Below are positions 1 to 8,293 of a stretch of 61,189 nucleotides of DNA, piece after piece. The notes under the pieces are model-generated. The model was not told the DNA's origin. It worked only from the letters and a program-made list of their open reading frames with translations, and ran no database searches. Each line of letters begins with the position of its first letter. Position 1 is the first letter of the stretch. The stretch is from positions 1 to 61,189 of the forward strand of contig JBKPAL010000145.1 of assembly GCA_046726395.1 (NCBI GenBank), read 5' to 3'. This DNA is from Acidobacteriota bacterium (GTDB lineage Bacteria > Acidobacteriota > Blastocatellia > Pyrinomonadales > Pyrinomonadaceae). Position numbers and translations under genes: made by a program.

Positions 1-100
1 GTGCGGGGACTTGTCACGCTTTGAATGGCTCCCCATCTCCAACGCTTCGTCGAAAGAGAAGAGCCGCGGAACCATTCAAAGCGGTGACAAGTCCCCGCAC
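1..100. repeat. Inverted-repeat (REP/MITE-like) element with ~28-nt arms
   Basis: GTGCGGGGACTTGTCACGCTTTGAATGG (1-28) is the reverse complement, with one indel, of CCATTCAAAGCGGTGACAAGTCCCCGCAC (72-100). The inner arm ends share CAAAGCGGTG with the element at 58073-58205. It lies at the window edge, so its true extent is unknown. Confidence 0.7.
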
Positions 101-108
101 TCCAAAAA

Positions 109-1056
109 TTATCGGGGGCAGCGGACACGTAAAGCTTGGGGGAGTATTTGAAAAGTGGCAGGAAGGCGGCCGCAGAGTTCCCCATCAACTTCCAACGCTA
201 CTTCGGAATTCTTCTCGGCTGGACGAATACTCACTTTCTTCGCCAGGCAATGAGTAACCTCATCCATCGAGAGATGGGCGCCGAGATAAAGGCGTGGAGA
301 GTTTCTGAGAATCTTGAATGGTCCCACGTCCCCGATCGTGATCACATCAAATTGTCCATCCGTCAGCTTTGCGTCAGGAGCGATCTTCATACCGCCCCCG
401 AAGTAACGAGCATTAGCTACGCAAAGGTTCGTCACACTCAAATGTGTTTCATGACCCGCATCAAGTTGGACAATCGCTCGTGTGGCGGTCGACTGGAATG
501 CCGTCTTGAGCATTGATGTGCCAAAAGCAACTCGACCACTGAGCCAACGAGGTACCTTCACCGGCAACCAATCATTTCCTTCCGCCTTCACGCGTTCAAT
601 AACCTCAGCGCTCATTCCAAATGACGCGACGCCTACGAAATAGCGCACTTCTTGTGCGTCGTGATCATTGATGAAGCTGACGCGACCAATGTCGATAACG
701 CGAGTCCTCCCCTCGCGCAAAGTTCGCGCCGCCTGACGTGGCCGTGCAGAGATACCGAGTGTCTTGATCAAGTCGCCTCCGGTTCCGCTCGGTAGAATGC
801 CCAACTCAGCACTCTTTCCGGAGTTCATGATTCCGTTTGCGACCTCCGATATGGTGCCATCGCCACCACAGGCAATGATGAGCTTTGCGTTGTTGCGTGC
901 CGCGTCTGCAGCAAGATCTTTGGCGTGGCCTGCGTGTTCAGTGAAGATGGGTTTGAAGGCGCCGAATTGTGAACTGAGGTCGCTGGCTATCTTCGGCCAG
1001 AACTCACGCGTAGCGCCGCCGGCAGATTCAGGATTGATGATTACTACAGGAAGCAT
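109..1056 (-). CDS. Diacylglycerol/lipid kinase family protein (YegS/BmrU-like)
   Basis: Has the DAGK catalytic-domain signature IIACGGDGTISEV and the glycine-rich PSGTGGD. Length of 315 aa is typical for the family. Confidence 0.85.
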   Translation of the reverse strand: MLPVVIINPESAGGATREFWPKIASDLSSQFGAFKPIFTEHAGHAKDLAADAARNNAKLIIACGGDGTISEVANGIMNSGKSAELGILPSGTGGDLIKTLGISARPRQAARTLREGRTRVIDIGRVSFINDHDAQEVRYFVGVASFGMSAEVIERVKAEGNDWLPVKVPRWLSGRVAFGTSMLKTAFQSTATRAIVQLDAGHETHLSVTNLCVANARYFGGGMKIAPDAKLTDGQFDVITIGDVGPFKILRNSPRLYLGAHLSMDEVTHCLAKKVSIRPAEKNSEVALEVDGELCGRLPATFQILPQALRVRCPR

Positions 1057-1075
1057 AAAGCGGTTTCATCCACGG

Positions 1076-1165
1076 TTCCATCCACAGATTACACAGAAGG
1101 AAAAACAATAAAGCCGCACCCAACTTTTTATTTTGTATCTGTGTAATCTGTGTAATCTGTGGATG
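1076..1165. repeat. Word-type inverted repeat (CCACAGATTACACAG / CTGTGTAATCTGTGG)
   Basis: Left arm is TTCCATCCACAGATTACACAG (1076-1096). Right arm is ATCTGTGTAATCTGTGTAATCTGTGGATG (1137-1165), with a tandem 9-nt CTGTGTAAT unit. A related copy lies at 34672-34698. Confidence 0.7.
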
Positions 1166-2096
1166 TCATTCTTTCTCGATCCTTCTCGCCGAGCTCAGCA
1201 ATCTTGCTCATAACAAAATCCGCAATCTCTTTGTAAGTTCTCATATGGTCCCGCTTCTCCGCGAACTCTGTAAAGTCGATCTGCTCGCCAAACCAGATGC
1301 GAATCTTTTCGCCGCCGGTCCAGTTCCCCAGCACCTGCTTTGGCAGATTGTTTCCGAGTCCTGCTATAAAGACAGGCACCACTTGTGGCGTTGCGTCTTT
1401 GATTAGCTTTCCTACACCGGGTTGGGCACGCAGGTATGAATAGGTATCCGCGCTTTTATTGCGAGTGCCTTCCGGATGAAAACCGATTACATTTCCTGGC
1501 CCATGTTTGCAGATATCTGTTAAGAGCCGGAACGAAAACTTATCGAACTCCCGTTTCTCAGGAATCGGTTTGTCGCCGGAAGCAAAGAACGGCGGAAACA
1601 TCGACCACCATCCCATCACCAGGTTCACAAACAATCCTAATAGCGACTGATAGAAAAACCGGCCACGCACTGGAAAGAAGAGTTGTTTGCGCCAACTCGT
1701 ATGACGGAACAGCACTGTCGAGACTGTGTACATATCAAAAAACGAGCGATGGTTAGCAACCAGAAGAATAGGTCTTAGCTTATCGACTGCGTTTAGATTT
1801 TCCAATCCGTAAACATTTATGATGTTGTAGGTCGAGAGATGAATCCATCCCGCCCCGAGTACTCGCTGACACGAGGTCCAGAATCTTTTCCAGCGACCCT
1901 GGTTCATCCGCCGCACGAGACGAAAGGCCTGACGCTCAAAGCCTGTGAGGACGGCGAACTCTTCAGTGGTTGGTGTTGCTTGCTCGCTATCGAAAGCCCA
2001 AAGCGAGGCGCTGCCCTTGTCACGATCCTCAAAGGCCCCGGAACTAACTTTCGGCTCAGGACTTTGAACGTTCGACATCAGACTTCGGACTTCCAA
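1128..2096 (-). CDS. Lysophospholipid (1-acyl-sn-glycerol-3-phosphate) acyltransferase family protein
   Basis: Has the HX4D motif in VANHRSFFD and the downstream FHPEGTR block typical of PlsC/LPLAT enzymes. The start codon directly abuts the metH stop. Confidence 0.8.
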   Translation of the reverse strand: MEVRSLMSNVQSPEPKVSSGAFEDRDKGSASLWAFDSEQATPTTEEFAVLTGFERQAFRLVRRMNQGRWKRFWTSCQRVLGAGWIHLSTYNIINVYGLENLNAVDKLRPILLVANHRSFFDMYTVSTVLFRHTSWRKQLFFPVRGRFFYQSLLGLFVNLVMGWWSMFPPFFASGDKPIPEKREFDKFSFRLLTDICKHGPGNVIGFHPEGTRNKSADTYSYLRAQPGVGKLIKDATPQVVPVFIAGLGNNLPKQVLGNWTGGEKIRIWFGEQIDFTEFAEKRDHMRTYKEIADFVMSKIAELGEKDRERMTSTDYTDYTDTK

Positions 2097-5000
2097 TTAT
2101 TCGATAGAGAAGTACTTGGCTTCGGGATGGTGAACAATGATCGCTGAAGTCGACTGTTCTGGGTCCAGTTGAAACTCCTCAGTCAACTCAACATCGATAC
2201 GAGATGGTTCGAGCAATTGGAAGAGTTTGGCTTGGTCTTCCAGATTGGGACACGCCGGATAGCCAAAACTGAATCGAGAGCCTTGATAAGACTGATGAAA
2301 GAGCTTCGCGAGCTCCGAAGCATCGTCTCCTGCTATCCCCAACTCCTCACGAACCCGCTTGTGCCAGAACTCTGCCAACGCTTCGGCGGTTTCGACACTT
2401 AAACCATGAAAGTACAGATAGTCGGAATAGTTGTCTGACTTGAACAACTCCTGTGAGTACTGACTCGCTCGACGGCCCATCGTCACAAGATGAAATCCGA
2501 CTACATCAATGCGACCCGAGTCTTGTGGCGCGAAGAAATCAGCCAGACAGAGATTTTTCCCCGAGGGCTGACGCGGAAAAGTAAACCTCATCCGTTCAGT
2601 CTTCTGATCGTCTTCATAAATGATTAGATCGTTTTTCGACGACTGACACGGGTAATAACCGTAGACCACCTTGGGCACCAACAACTGCTCGTTCTTGCTG
2701 CGTGTCTTTAACTCGTCGTAAATCGGACGCACCTTGTCACGCACGAAAGCCTGATACTCATCCGGTGGCGTCCTGCCTTGCTTGAACTGCCACTGCCCTT
2801 TGAAGAGCGCTGTCTCGTTCACGAAGGCAAACACATCATCAAGTGATATGTCCTCGACAACTTGTGATCCCCAAAACGGCGCCGTCGGAATCGGCACATC
2901 GGGACTTACCTTAGAGCGCATTGTGTGTGTAGTGTTGCCTGGTGAGATGACCCCGCGCGGCCTGGCTGGCTTCTTGATTCCGAGCTTCGCTTCCTCGCCG
3001 ATTAGATCTTCTGTATCATCGGCGATCTCCAACCTCGGGATCTCGAGCTCTGCAACATCAGTAGCCGTATGACCGTTCCCTCCGACCAATTTATCCATCG
3101 TATGCAAGCCCGCGAATGCGTCTCGCGCGTAGAAGAGCCGGCCCTTGTATAGCGACTTGAGGTCTTCATCAACGTAACGTCGAGTCAATGCTGCGCCGCC
3201 AAGAATCACAGGAACAGTGATGCGGCGCTCGTTCATTAACTCGAGGTTCTCTTTCATGATTAGCGTCGACTTAACCAACAGACCACTCATGCCAATTGCG
3301 TCGGCATCATGTTCTTCATAAGCCTGAAGGATGTTGTCGATAGTCTGCTTGATGCCAAGGTTGACGACCTTGTAGCCGTTGTTCGTCAGGATGATGTCGA
3401 CGAGGTTCTTGCCAATGTCGTGCACATCGCCCTTCACGGTAGCCAACACCATAGTTCCCTTCGCTGTGGCTCCGCCTTTCTTCTCCATGAACGGCTCCAG
3501 AAACCGCACTGCTGCTTTCATCGCTTCAGCTGACTGCAATACAAAGGGCAGTTGCATCTGTCCACTACCAAACAGATCTCCAACTACTTTCATTCCATCG
3601 AGCAGGATGTTGTTGATGATATCGAGAGCTGAGTACTTTTCGAGCGCTGCGCGCAGCTCGTCTTCGAGGCCAATCTTCTCGCCATCGATTATGTGATTCT
3701 TAAGTCGCTCTTCAACAGTCTCGCCCTTCGAGGTCTTTTTCGCTGTAGTCGACTTTACGCCTTCGAATAGTTTTGTGAATTCTGTCAGCGGATCGTATAC
3801 GCAGACATCGCCTTCAAACTTGCGCTTGTCATAGATGAGCTCTCTTGCAACCTTGAGCTCCTGCTCACCAATGCGATTCAGAGGTTCAATTTTGCTCGCA
3901 TTGACGATTGCTGCATCCAATCCGGCTTCAACCGCTTCGTGCAGAAACACTGAATTCAGGACAACGCGCGAAGCTGGGCTAAGTCCGAACGAGATATTTG
4001 AGACGCCGAGAATCGTAAATGCTCCCGGCAGTTCGCTCTTGATCTGACGAATGGCCGCAATTGTCTCGAGAGCGTTTCGCCGGTCTTCCTCGATGCCAGT
4101 AGAGATCGGAAGCGCCAGTGGATCAAAGAATATGTCGGAAGCCGGAATGTTCAGTTCTTTGGTAGCCTGCTGGTAAGCACGCTTGGCGATCTTAAACTTG
4201 CCCTCGGCGGTGCGCGCCATGCCATCTTCGTCAATGGTCCCGATCACAACGCTCGCGCCGTAACGACGCGCAAGATCAATGACCTTGATGAATCGCGGCA
4301 CTCCATCTTCGTAGTTCGTTGAGTTGAGAATACTCTTGCCACCAGCATGCTGTAGCCCCGCTTCCATCTTCTGCCACTCAGTCGAATCGAACATCAGCGG
4401 CAGCTTGATGTTGGTGACCAGACGCGAAGCCAACTGATGCATGTCGCTTTCGCCGTCGCGTCCGACAAAGTCGACATTTACATCGAGTACGTGAGCACCT
4501 TCTCGCTCCTGCTCTTTGGCAAGCGAGATTAGGCCATCCCAATCTTCCGCGTTCAGTAGTTCCCTCATCTTCTTGGAACCACTAGCATTCACGCGCTCGC
4601 CTACGATCAGAAATGAAGTGTCTTGGACATACGGCTGTTGGAAGTAGATCGAAGACGCAGCAGGGACAAGCTTCGGATTGCGCTGTTTAGGCGCGATTCC
4701 TTTCATCGCTTCGACGACAAGTTTGAGGTGAGCTGGTGTAGTACCACAGCAACCGCCCACAATGTTGACGCCAAAGTCCTTGGCGAAGTGAACGAGTTGA
4801 GTTGTGAAAGTTTCTGGTGTTTCGTCGTAGTGCATCTTGCCTTCAACAACAGAAGGCAGTCCGGCGTTCGGTAAGACTGATACGGGCAACGGAGCGTTCT
4901 CGCACAGATACCGAATGCTCTCGGTCATGTGTCGCGGGCCTGTGCCACAGTTCATGCCGATCACGTCGATGGGAAATGGCGCGAGTGAAGTCAACGCTGC

Positions 5001-5618
5001 ACCGATCTCAGTGCCGTTGAGCATGGTGCCGAACGTTTCGATGGTTACTTGTGCAATCACCGGCACCCGGGTATGGGTTTCTTCGAAGTGTTCAAAGATA
5101 GCCGCAAGCGCGGCTTTCGTTTGCAGAAGATCCTGGCAGGTCTCAACGATTAGGAGATCCACGCCGCCGTCAATCAAGCCTCGCACCTGTTCGCGATATG
5201 CGTTTTTTAATTGGACGTAAGAGATGTGGCCCAATGTAGGTAGCTTTCGGCCTGGCCCCATCGAACCTGCGACCCAACGTGGTTTGGATTTGCTCGCGAA
5301 ATCCGCTGCCACACGTTTCGCCAGACGCGCAGCCAGCACGTTCATGTCGTAAGCCTTGTCTGCAATCCCGTACTCAGCAAAGTCGACTGGCGTTCCATTG
5401 AATGAGTTCGTCTCGATTACGTCGCAGCCAACTTCCAGGAACCCGGCGTGAACCTTTTCGACAGCATCAGGTCTGGTCACGAGCAGGTTTTCGTTGCACC
5501 CCTCAAACCGCAATCCGCCAAAGTCGTCCAGACTCAAGTTCTGGACCTGCAGATTGGTGCCCATAGCTCCATCGAAGACGACGATGCGTTCGTTCAGTGT
5601 TTTTAGAAACTCACTCAT
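2097..5618 (-). CDS. metH: Cobalamin-dependent methionine synthase
   Basis: 1173 aa. It contains the N-terminal homocysteine S-methyltransferase domain (GGCCGTTP zinc site), a pterin-binding domain, the B12-binding DxHxxG motif (GDVHDIGKNLV), and a C-terminal AdoMet activation domain. Confidence 0.97.
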   Translation of the reverse strand: MSEFLKTLNERIVVFDGAMGTNLQVQNLSLDDFGGLRFEGCNENLLVTRPDAVEKVHAGFLEVGCDVIETNSFNGTPVDFAEYGIADKAYDMNVLAARLAKRVAADFASKSKPRWVAGSMGPGRKLPTLGHISYVQLKNAYREQVRGLIDGGVDLLIVETCQDLLQTKAALAAIFEHFEETHTRVPVIAQVTIETFGTMLNGTEIGAALTSLAPFPIDVIGMNCGTGPRHMTESIRYLCENAPLPVSVLPNAGLPSVVEGKMHYDETPETFTTQLVHFAKDFGVNIVGGCCGTTPAHLKLVVEAMKGIAPKQRNPKLVPAASSIYFQQPYVQDTSFLIVGERVNASGSKKMRELLNAEDWDGLISLAKEQEREGAHVLDVNVDFVGRDGESDMHQLASRLVTNIKLPLMFDSTEWQKMEAGLQHAGGKSILNSTNYEDGVPRFIKVIDLARRYGASVVIGTIDEDGMARTAEGKFKIAKRAYQQATKELNIPASDIFFDPLALPISTGIEEDRRNALETIAAIRQIKSELPGAFTILGVSNISFGLSPASRVVLNSVFLHEAVEAGLDAAIVNASKIEPLNRIGEQELKVARELIYDKRKFEGDVCVYDPLTEFTKLFEGVKSTTAKKTSKGETVEERLKNHIIDGEKIGLEDELRAALEKYSALDIINNILLDGMKVVGDLFGSGQMQLPFVLQSAEAMKAAVRFLEPFMEKKGGATAKGTMVLATVKGDVHDIGKNLVDIILTNNGYKVVNLGIKQTIDNILQAYEEHDADAIGMSGLLVKSTLIMKENLELMNERRITVPVILGGAALTRRYVDEDLKSLYKGRLFYARDAFAGLHTMDKLVGGNGHTATDVAELEIPRLEIADDTEDLIGEEAKLGIKKPARPRGVISPGNTTHTMRSKVSPDVPIPTAPFWGSQVVEDISLDDVFAFVNETALFKGQWQFKQGRTPPDEYQAFVRDKVRPIYDELKTRSKNEQLLVPKVVYGYYPCQSSKNDLIIYEDDQKTERMRFTFPRQPSGKNLCLADFFAPQDSGRIDVVGFHLVTMGRRASQYSQELFKSDNYSDYLYFHGLSVETAEALAEFWHKRVREELGIAGDDASELAKLFHQSYQGSRFSFGYPACPNLEDQAKLFQLLEPSRIDVELTEEFQLDPEQSTSAIIVHHPEAKYFSIE

Positions 5619-5787
5619 TCGTTGACCTTAGATGGCCGTCGAGGTTCTAGCAATAAAAAAGCCCCGCGCTAAACAACGCTGGGCTTTCCAAGCCGTGTTC
5701 GATTAGTCTCAAGGGAAAGACTCGCCGAGCTGTTTAGCGGATTATTTTTCGTGGCCGCAAGTCGCCTTAACTCACCACGTTGTGCCG
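5619..5787 (-). promoter_or_regulatory. Structured 5' leader of metH (candidate riboswitch/attenuator, class unassigned)
   Basis: Roughly 170 nt lie between the putative promoter and the metH ATG. Local stems are visible (CGTGG/CCACG, AGTCT/AGACT). An intrinsic terminator lies at 5653-5686. A 9-nt perfect complement (5731-5739 against 5667-5675) would compete with the terminator. Confidence 0.45.
5653..5686 (-). terminator. Intrinsic terminator inside the metH leader
   Basis: The minus strand reads AAAGCCCAGCG-TTGTTTA-GCGCGGGGCTTTTTTATT. This is a GC-rich stem with one mismatch followed by a U-run, about 35 nt upstream of the metH start. Confidence 0.6.
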
Positions 5788-5793
5788 TAGGCT

Positions 5794-5822
5794 ATTGAAA
5801 CATCGGCCCAATGAGGTGTCAA
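5794..5822 (-). promoter_or_regulatory. Candidate sigma-70 promoter for metH
   Basis: The minus strand reads TTGACA (5822-5817), a 17-nt spacer, then TTCAAT (5799-5794). Confidence 0.35.
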
Positions 5823-5831
5823 GCGGGTAAT

Positions 5832-5999
5832 GGGCTTGGGGCGTGGGCTTGGGTCTTTGGTCTTTGTCCGTAGTCAGTTGTGATGTCAGTTGTCCGTTGT
5901 TAGTTGTCAGTTAGACGTCACTCATCAATGTTCCCAACCCAGACAACGGACAACGGACTACGGACAACTGCCAAAGACCAAAGACCAAGACCAAGACCC
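5832..5999. repeat. Nested word-hairpin repeat (GGTCTTKG outer, GTCCGTWG inner)
   Basis: The left arm GGGCTTGGGGCGTGGGCTTGGGTCTTTGGTCTTTGTCCGTAGTC... is mirrored by ...GACAACGGACAACGGACTACGGACAACTGCCAAAGACCAAAGACCAAGACCAAGACCC. The same words occur in the same order at 46878-47122. Confidence 0.75.
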
Positions 6000-6044
6000 T
6001 CCCCACCATTTACGATTTGCGATTTCCGATTTACCATCCCCCGC

Positions 6045-6539
6045 ATGCGGCGAGCCATTTTCCCTGGTTCCTTCGATCCCGTGACCAATGGCCACCTCGA
6101 CATCATCGAGCGAGGCTGCAAACTCTTCGACGAGATCATCATCGCCATTCTCGTCAATCCTGAGAAAAAGCCGTTCTTTACTGTCGAAGAACGTCAATCA
6201 CTTCTGACGGAAGTTCTAAAACAGATAGATCGTGGGAACTGTCGGGTGCGAGTGGACTACTTCGAAGGCTTGTTAGTGCAGTACGCAGTGGCGCAGCAAG
6301 CGCATGCGATCGTGCGAGGCATCCGTGCGATCTCGGATTATGAGTATGAATTGCAGATGGCACTCATGAACCGCCGTTTGGAGCCAACGATTGAAACCGT
6401 TTTCATGATGCCTGCTGAGATCTATTCCTACGTGAGCTCGAAACTCGTCAAGGAAGTTTTCCAGTTAGGTGGCGAACTCGATGGATTGGTCCCGCCCTTA
6501 GTTGAGGCACGCATGAAAGAGAGGATTGCAAAATCCTAA
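6045..6539 (+). CDS. coaD: Phosphopantetheine adenylyltransferase
   Basis: [21 protein letters not shown] carries the (T/H)xGH nucleotidyltransferase motif. The true start is the ATG at 6045. The ORF-track start at 5904 reads through the upstream repeat. Confidence 0.93.
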   Translation: MRRAIFPGSFDPVTNGHLDIIERGCKLFDEIIIAILVNPEKKPFFTVEERQSLLTEVLKQIDRGNCRVRVDYFEGLLVQYAVAQQAHAIVRGIRAISDYEYELQMALMNRRLEPTIETVFMMPAEIYSYVSSKLVKEVFQLGGELDGLVPPLVEARMKERIAKS

Positions 6540-6610
6540 TTGCAAGTCTGGTGGTATACTCGGTCATCCCCTACGGAGTTAGATTATTTTATTAATCAAG
6601 GAGGACTACT

Positions 6611-6892
6611 ATGCCACGAGGTGATAAAAGCTCTTACACCGACAAGCAGAAACGACAAGCCGAGGACATCGAAGAAGGTTATGAAGATCGCGGTGTCTCG
6701 GACGATGAAGCGGAACGACGCGCATGGGCCACTGTTAACAAAATGAGCGGCGGTGGGAAGAAGAGTGGCTCAGGACGCGGCAAGAAAACCAACAAGTCTC
6801 CTGCAAAAAAAGGCGGAAAAAAGGGAGGCAAACGCGCGGGAAAGAAATCAACTAAGAAACGCTCAACCAAAAAGACTTCCAAGAAACGCTAG
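6611..6892 (+). CDS. Small conserved protein with a lysine-rich (histone H1-like) C-terminal tail
   Basis: A strong RBS (AAGGAGGA) lies 5-12 nt upstream. The N-terminus MPRGDKSSYTDKQKRQAEDIEEGYE...ERRAWATVNK resembles a widespread small-protein family that is often annotated as hypothetical. The tail is KKGGKKGGKRAGKKSTKKRSTKKTSKKR. Confidence 0.6.
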   Translation: MPRGDKSSYTDKQKRQAEDIEEGYEDRGVSDDEAERRAWATVNKMSGGGKKSGSGRGKKTNKSPAKKGGKKGGKRAGKKSTKKRSTKKTSKKR

Positions 6893-6946
6893 AGAAGTGA
6901 CATCGGGTGACGCTGTTATCTTGCGTCGCTCGATGTCTCTAAAACC

Positions 6947-8149
6947 ATGAGTACACTACCTGCAACTTCCTCTTTTCCTGTCTCCCGAAACGTCGACCAG
7001 ATGCGACCTTCTTCAACGCTTGCAGCAATGCAGGCGGCAGACGCCATGCGTGCGGCGGGACTAAATGTGGTTGACTTTGGTGCAGGCGAGCCGGACTTTG
7101 ATACTCCTGAAAACATCAAGCACGCCGCTGCTGAAGCTATGCGTGCTGGCCATACGAAATACACTCCCACAGCCGGCACTCGTCAACTACAACAAGCAAT
7201 CATCGACTTCTACCAGCAGCGCTTCGGCGCTCCGTATGAACGTTCGCAGGTGATGTCGACGTCTGGTGGGAAGCAGGCAATCTTCAATGCAGTAGTGACT
7301 CTGATTCAGCCCGGCGATGAAGTACTGATGGTAAAGCCTTACTGGGTGACCTTTCCCGAGATTGTAGTTTTTGCCGGCGGTGCACCGAGGTACGTTGAGA
7401 CTGAAGAAACGGGATTCTTAGTTAGTGCCGACCAGATCGAAAAAGCGCTCACCACCCGAACAAAGCTCGTTATCTTAAACTCGCCGAGCAATCCCTCTGG
7501 CCGCGTTATTCCGCCAGTAGAATTTGAACGAATAATGCAGCTGCTCGATAACCGGGGAATCTATGTTATTTCAGACGAGTGTTACTTGCGGTTCGTTTAT
7601 CCACCGGCGGAGGTCTTTAGTGCTGCGGCACTGCCAAAAGAGCTTCGCACGCGTCTTTGCATTGCGGGTTCATTCTCAAAGACGTATGCAATGACGGGTT
7701 GGCGCATGGGCTATTCACTCGCTCCGGCCGAGTGGACCAAGGCCATGCTCAAAGTTCAGAGTCACTCAACAAGTAATCCGAATTCCATCGCTCAATGGGC
7801 GGCGCTCGAGGCTTTGACTGGACCACAGGAGTCAGTCGCAATGATGCTAAACGAATACACTGCTCGCCGCGAATGGTTCCTTGGAGCGTTGGCACAAATT
7901 GATGGGGTCAGTTGCAATCAGCCTGAGGGAGCATTCTACGCATTTCCCAATGTTAAGGGTTTGCTCAAAGGTGGACTGAAAACCTCAGGCGACTTGGCCC
8001 GGAGGTTGTTAGAAGAAGAACAAGTAGTAGTGACTGATGGCGCGAGTTTTGGATGTGAAGGTTATCTACGAATGTCTTACGCCACATCAATGGAGCAACT
8101 GCGCGAGGGCATCAAGCGTCTTCAAGGATTCGCCGCAAAGCTCAGCTAA
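6947..8149 (+). CDS. Class I pyridoxal-phosphate-dependent aminotransferase (aspartate aminotransferase-like)
   Basis: Has the PLP-lysine motif SFSKTYAMTGWRMGY and the LNSPSNPSG block. Length is 400 aa. Confidence 0.9.
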   Translation: MSTLPATSSFPVSRNVDQMRPSSTLAAMQAADAMRAAGLNVVDFGAGEPDFDTPENIKHAAAEAMRAGHTKYTPTAGTRQLQQAIIDFYQQRFGAPYERSQVMSTSGGKQAIFNAVVTLIQPGDEVLMVKPYWVTFPEIVVFAGGAPRYVETEETGFLVSADQIEKALTTRTKLVILNSPSNPSGRVIPPVEFERIMQLLDNRGIYVISDECYLRFVYPPAEVFSAAALPKELRTRLCIAGSFSKTYAMTGWRMGYSLAPAEWTKAMLKVQSHSTSNPNSIAQWAALEALTGPQESVAMMLNEYTARREWFLGALAQIDGVSCNQPEGAFYAFPNVKGLLKGGLKTSGDLARRLLEEEQVVVTDGASFGCEGYLRMSYATSMEQLREGIKRLQGFAAKLS

Positions 8150-8237
8150 GGATGCATTCACACGTCCTGGCCTTAACGCGTTTCAGGTGGAACTAGGTCG
8201 GTACCGTAACGCGGTAGCGTCGGGTCTTCAGAAACAA

Positions 8238-8279
8238 AAAAGCGGCTCAGAAGAATCCTTCCAAGCCGCTTTAATTTTT
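8238..8279. terminator. Bidirectional intrinsic terminator between convergent genes
   Basis: The stem AAAGCGGCT...AGCCGCTTT is flanked by an A-run on the 5' side and TTTAATTTTT on the 3' side. It can therefore serve both the aminotransferase gene (+) and the TonB-like gene (-). Confidence 0.65.
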
Positions 8280-8293
8280 GACTTGTATGCCGA

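Noticed and set aside
2169-5220. Multiple 67-127-aa plus-strand ORFs inside metH (for example 3379-3696 and 4837-5220). The same situation occurs inside most large genes, such as 11664-12110, 15703-16212, 24383-24784, 36499-36972, 43368-43700 and 58623-59009.
   Set aside because: These are antisense shadow ORFs within well-supported genes. Their translations are Ser/Arg/Ala-rich with no motifs.
5619-5822. Assigning the metH leader to the SAM-I, SAH or cobalamin riboswitch class
   Set aside because: I could not find the SAM-I core (GAGGGA..GGCCC.ATGA..GCAACC), the SAH core (AGGAGCGCTGC...AACGGCGCTCA) or a B12 box. Weak resemblances (GGTGAGTTAAGG, AAAATAATCCGCT) are not enough. The class is left open pending a covariance-model search.
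5904-6044. N-terminal 47-codon extension of coaD in the ORF track (and the overlapping ORFs 5890-6084, 5918-6157, 5958-6197)
   Set aside because: The extension is translated from the word-hairpin repeat (a low-complexity [19 protein letters not shown] sequence). Homology to CoaD begins at [12 protein letters not shown], encoded from the ATG at 6045.
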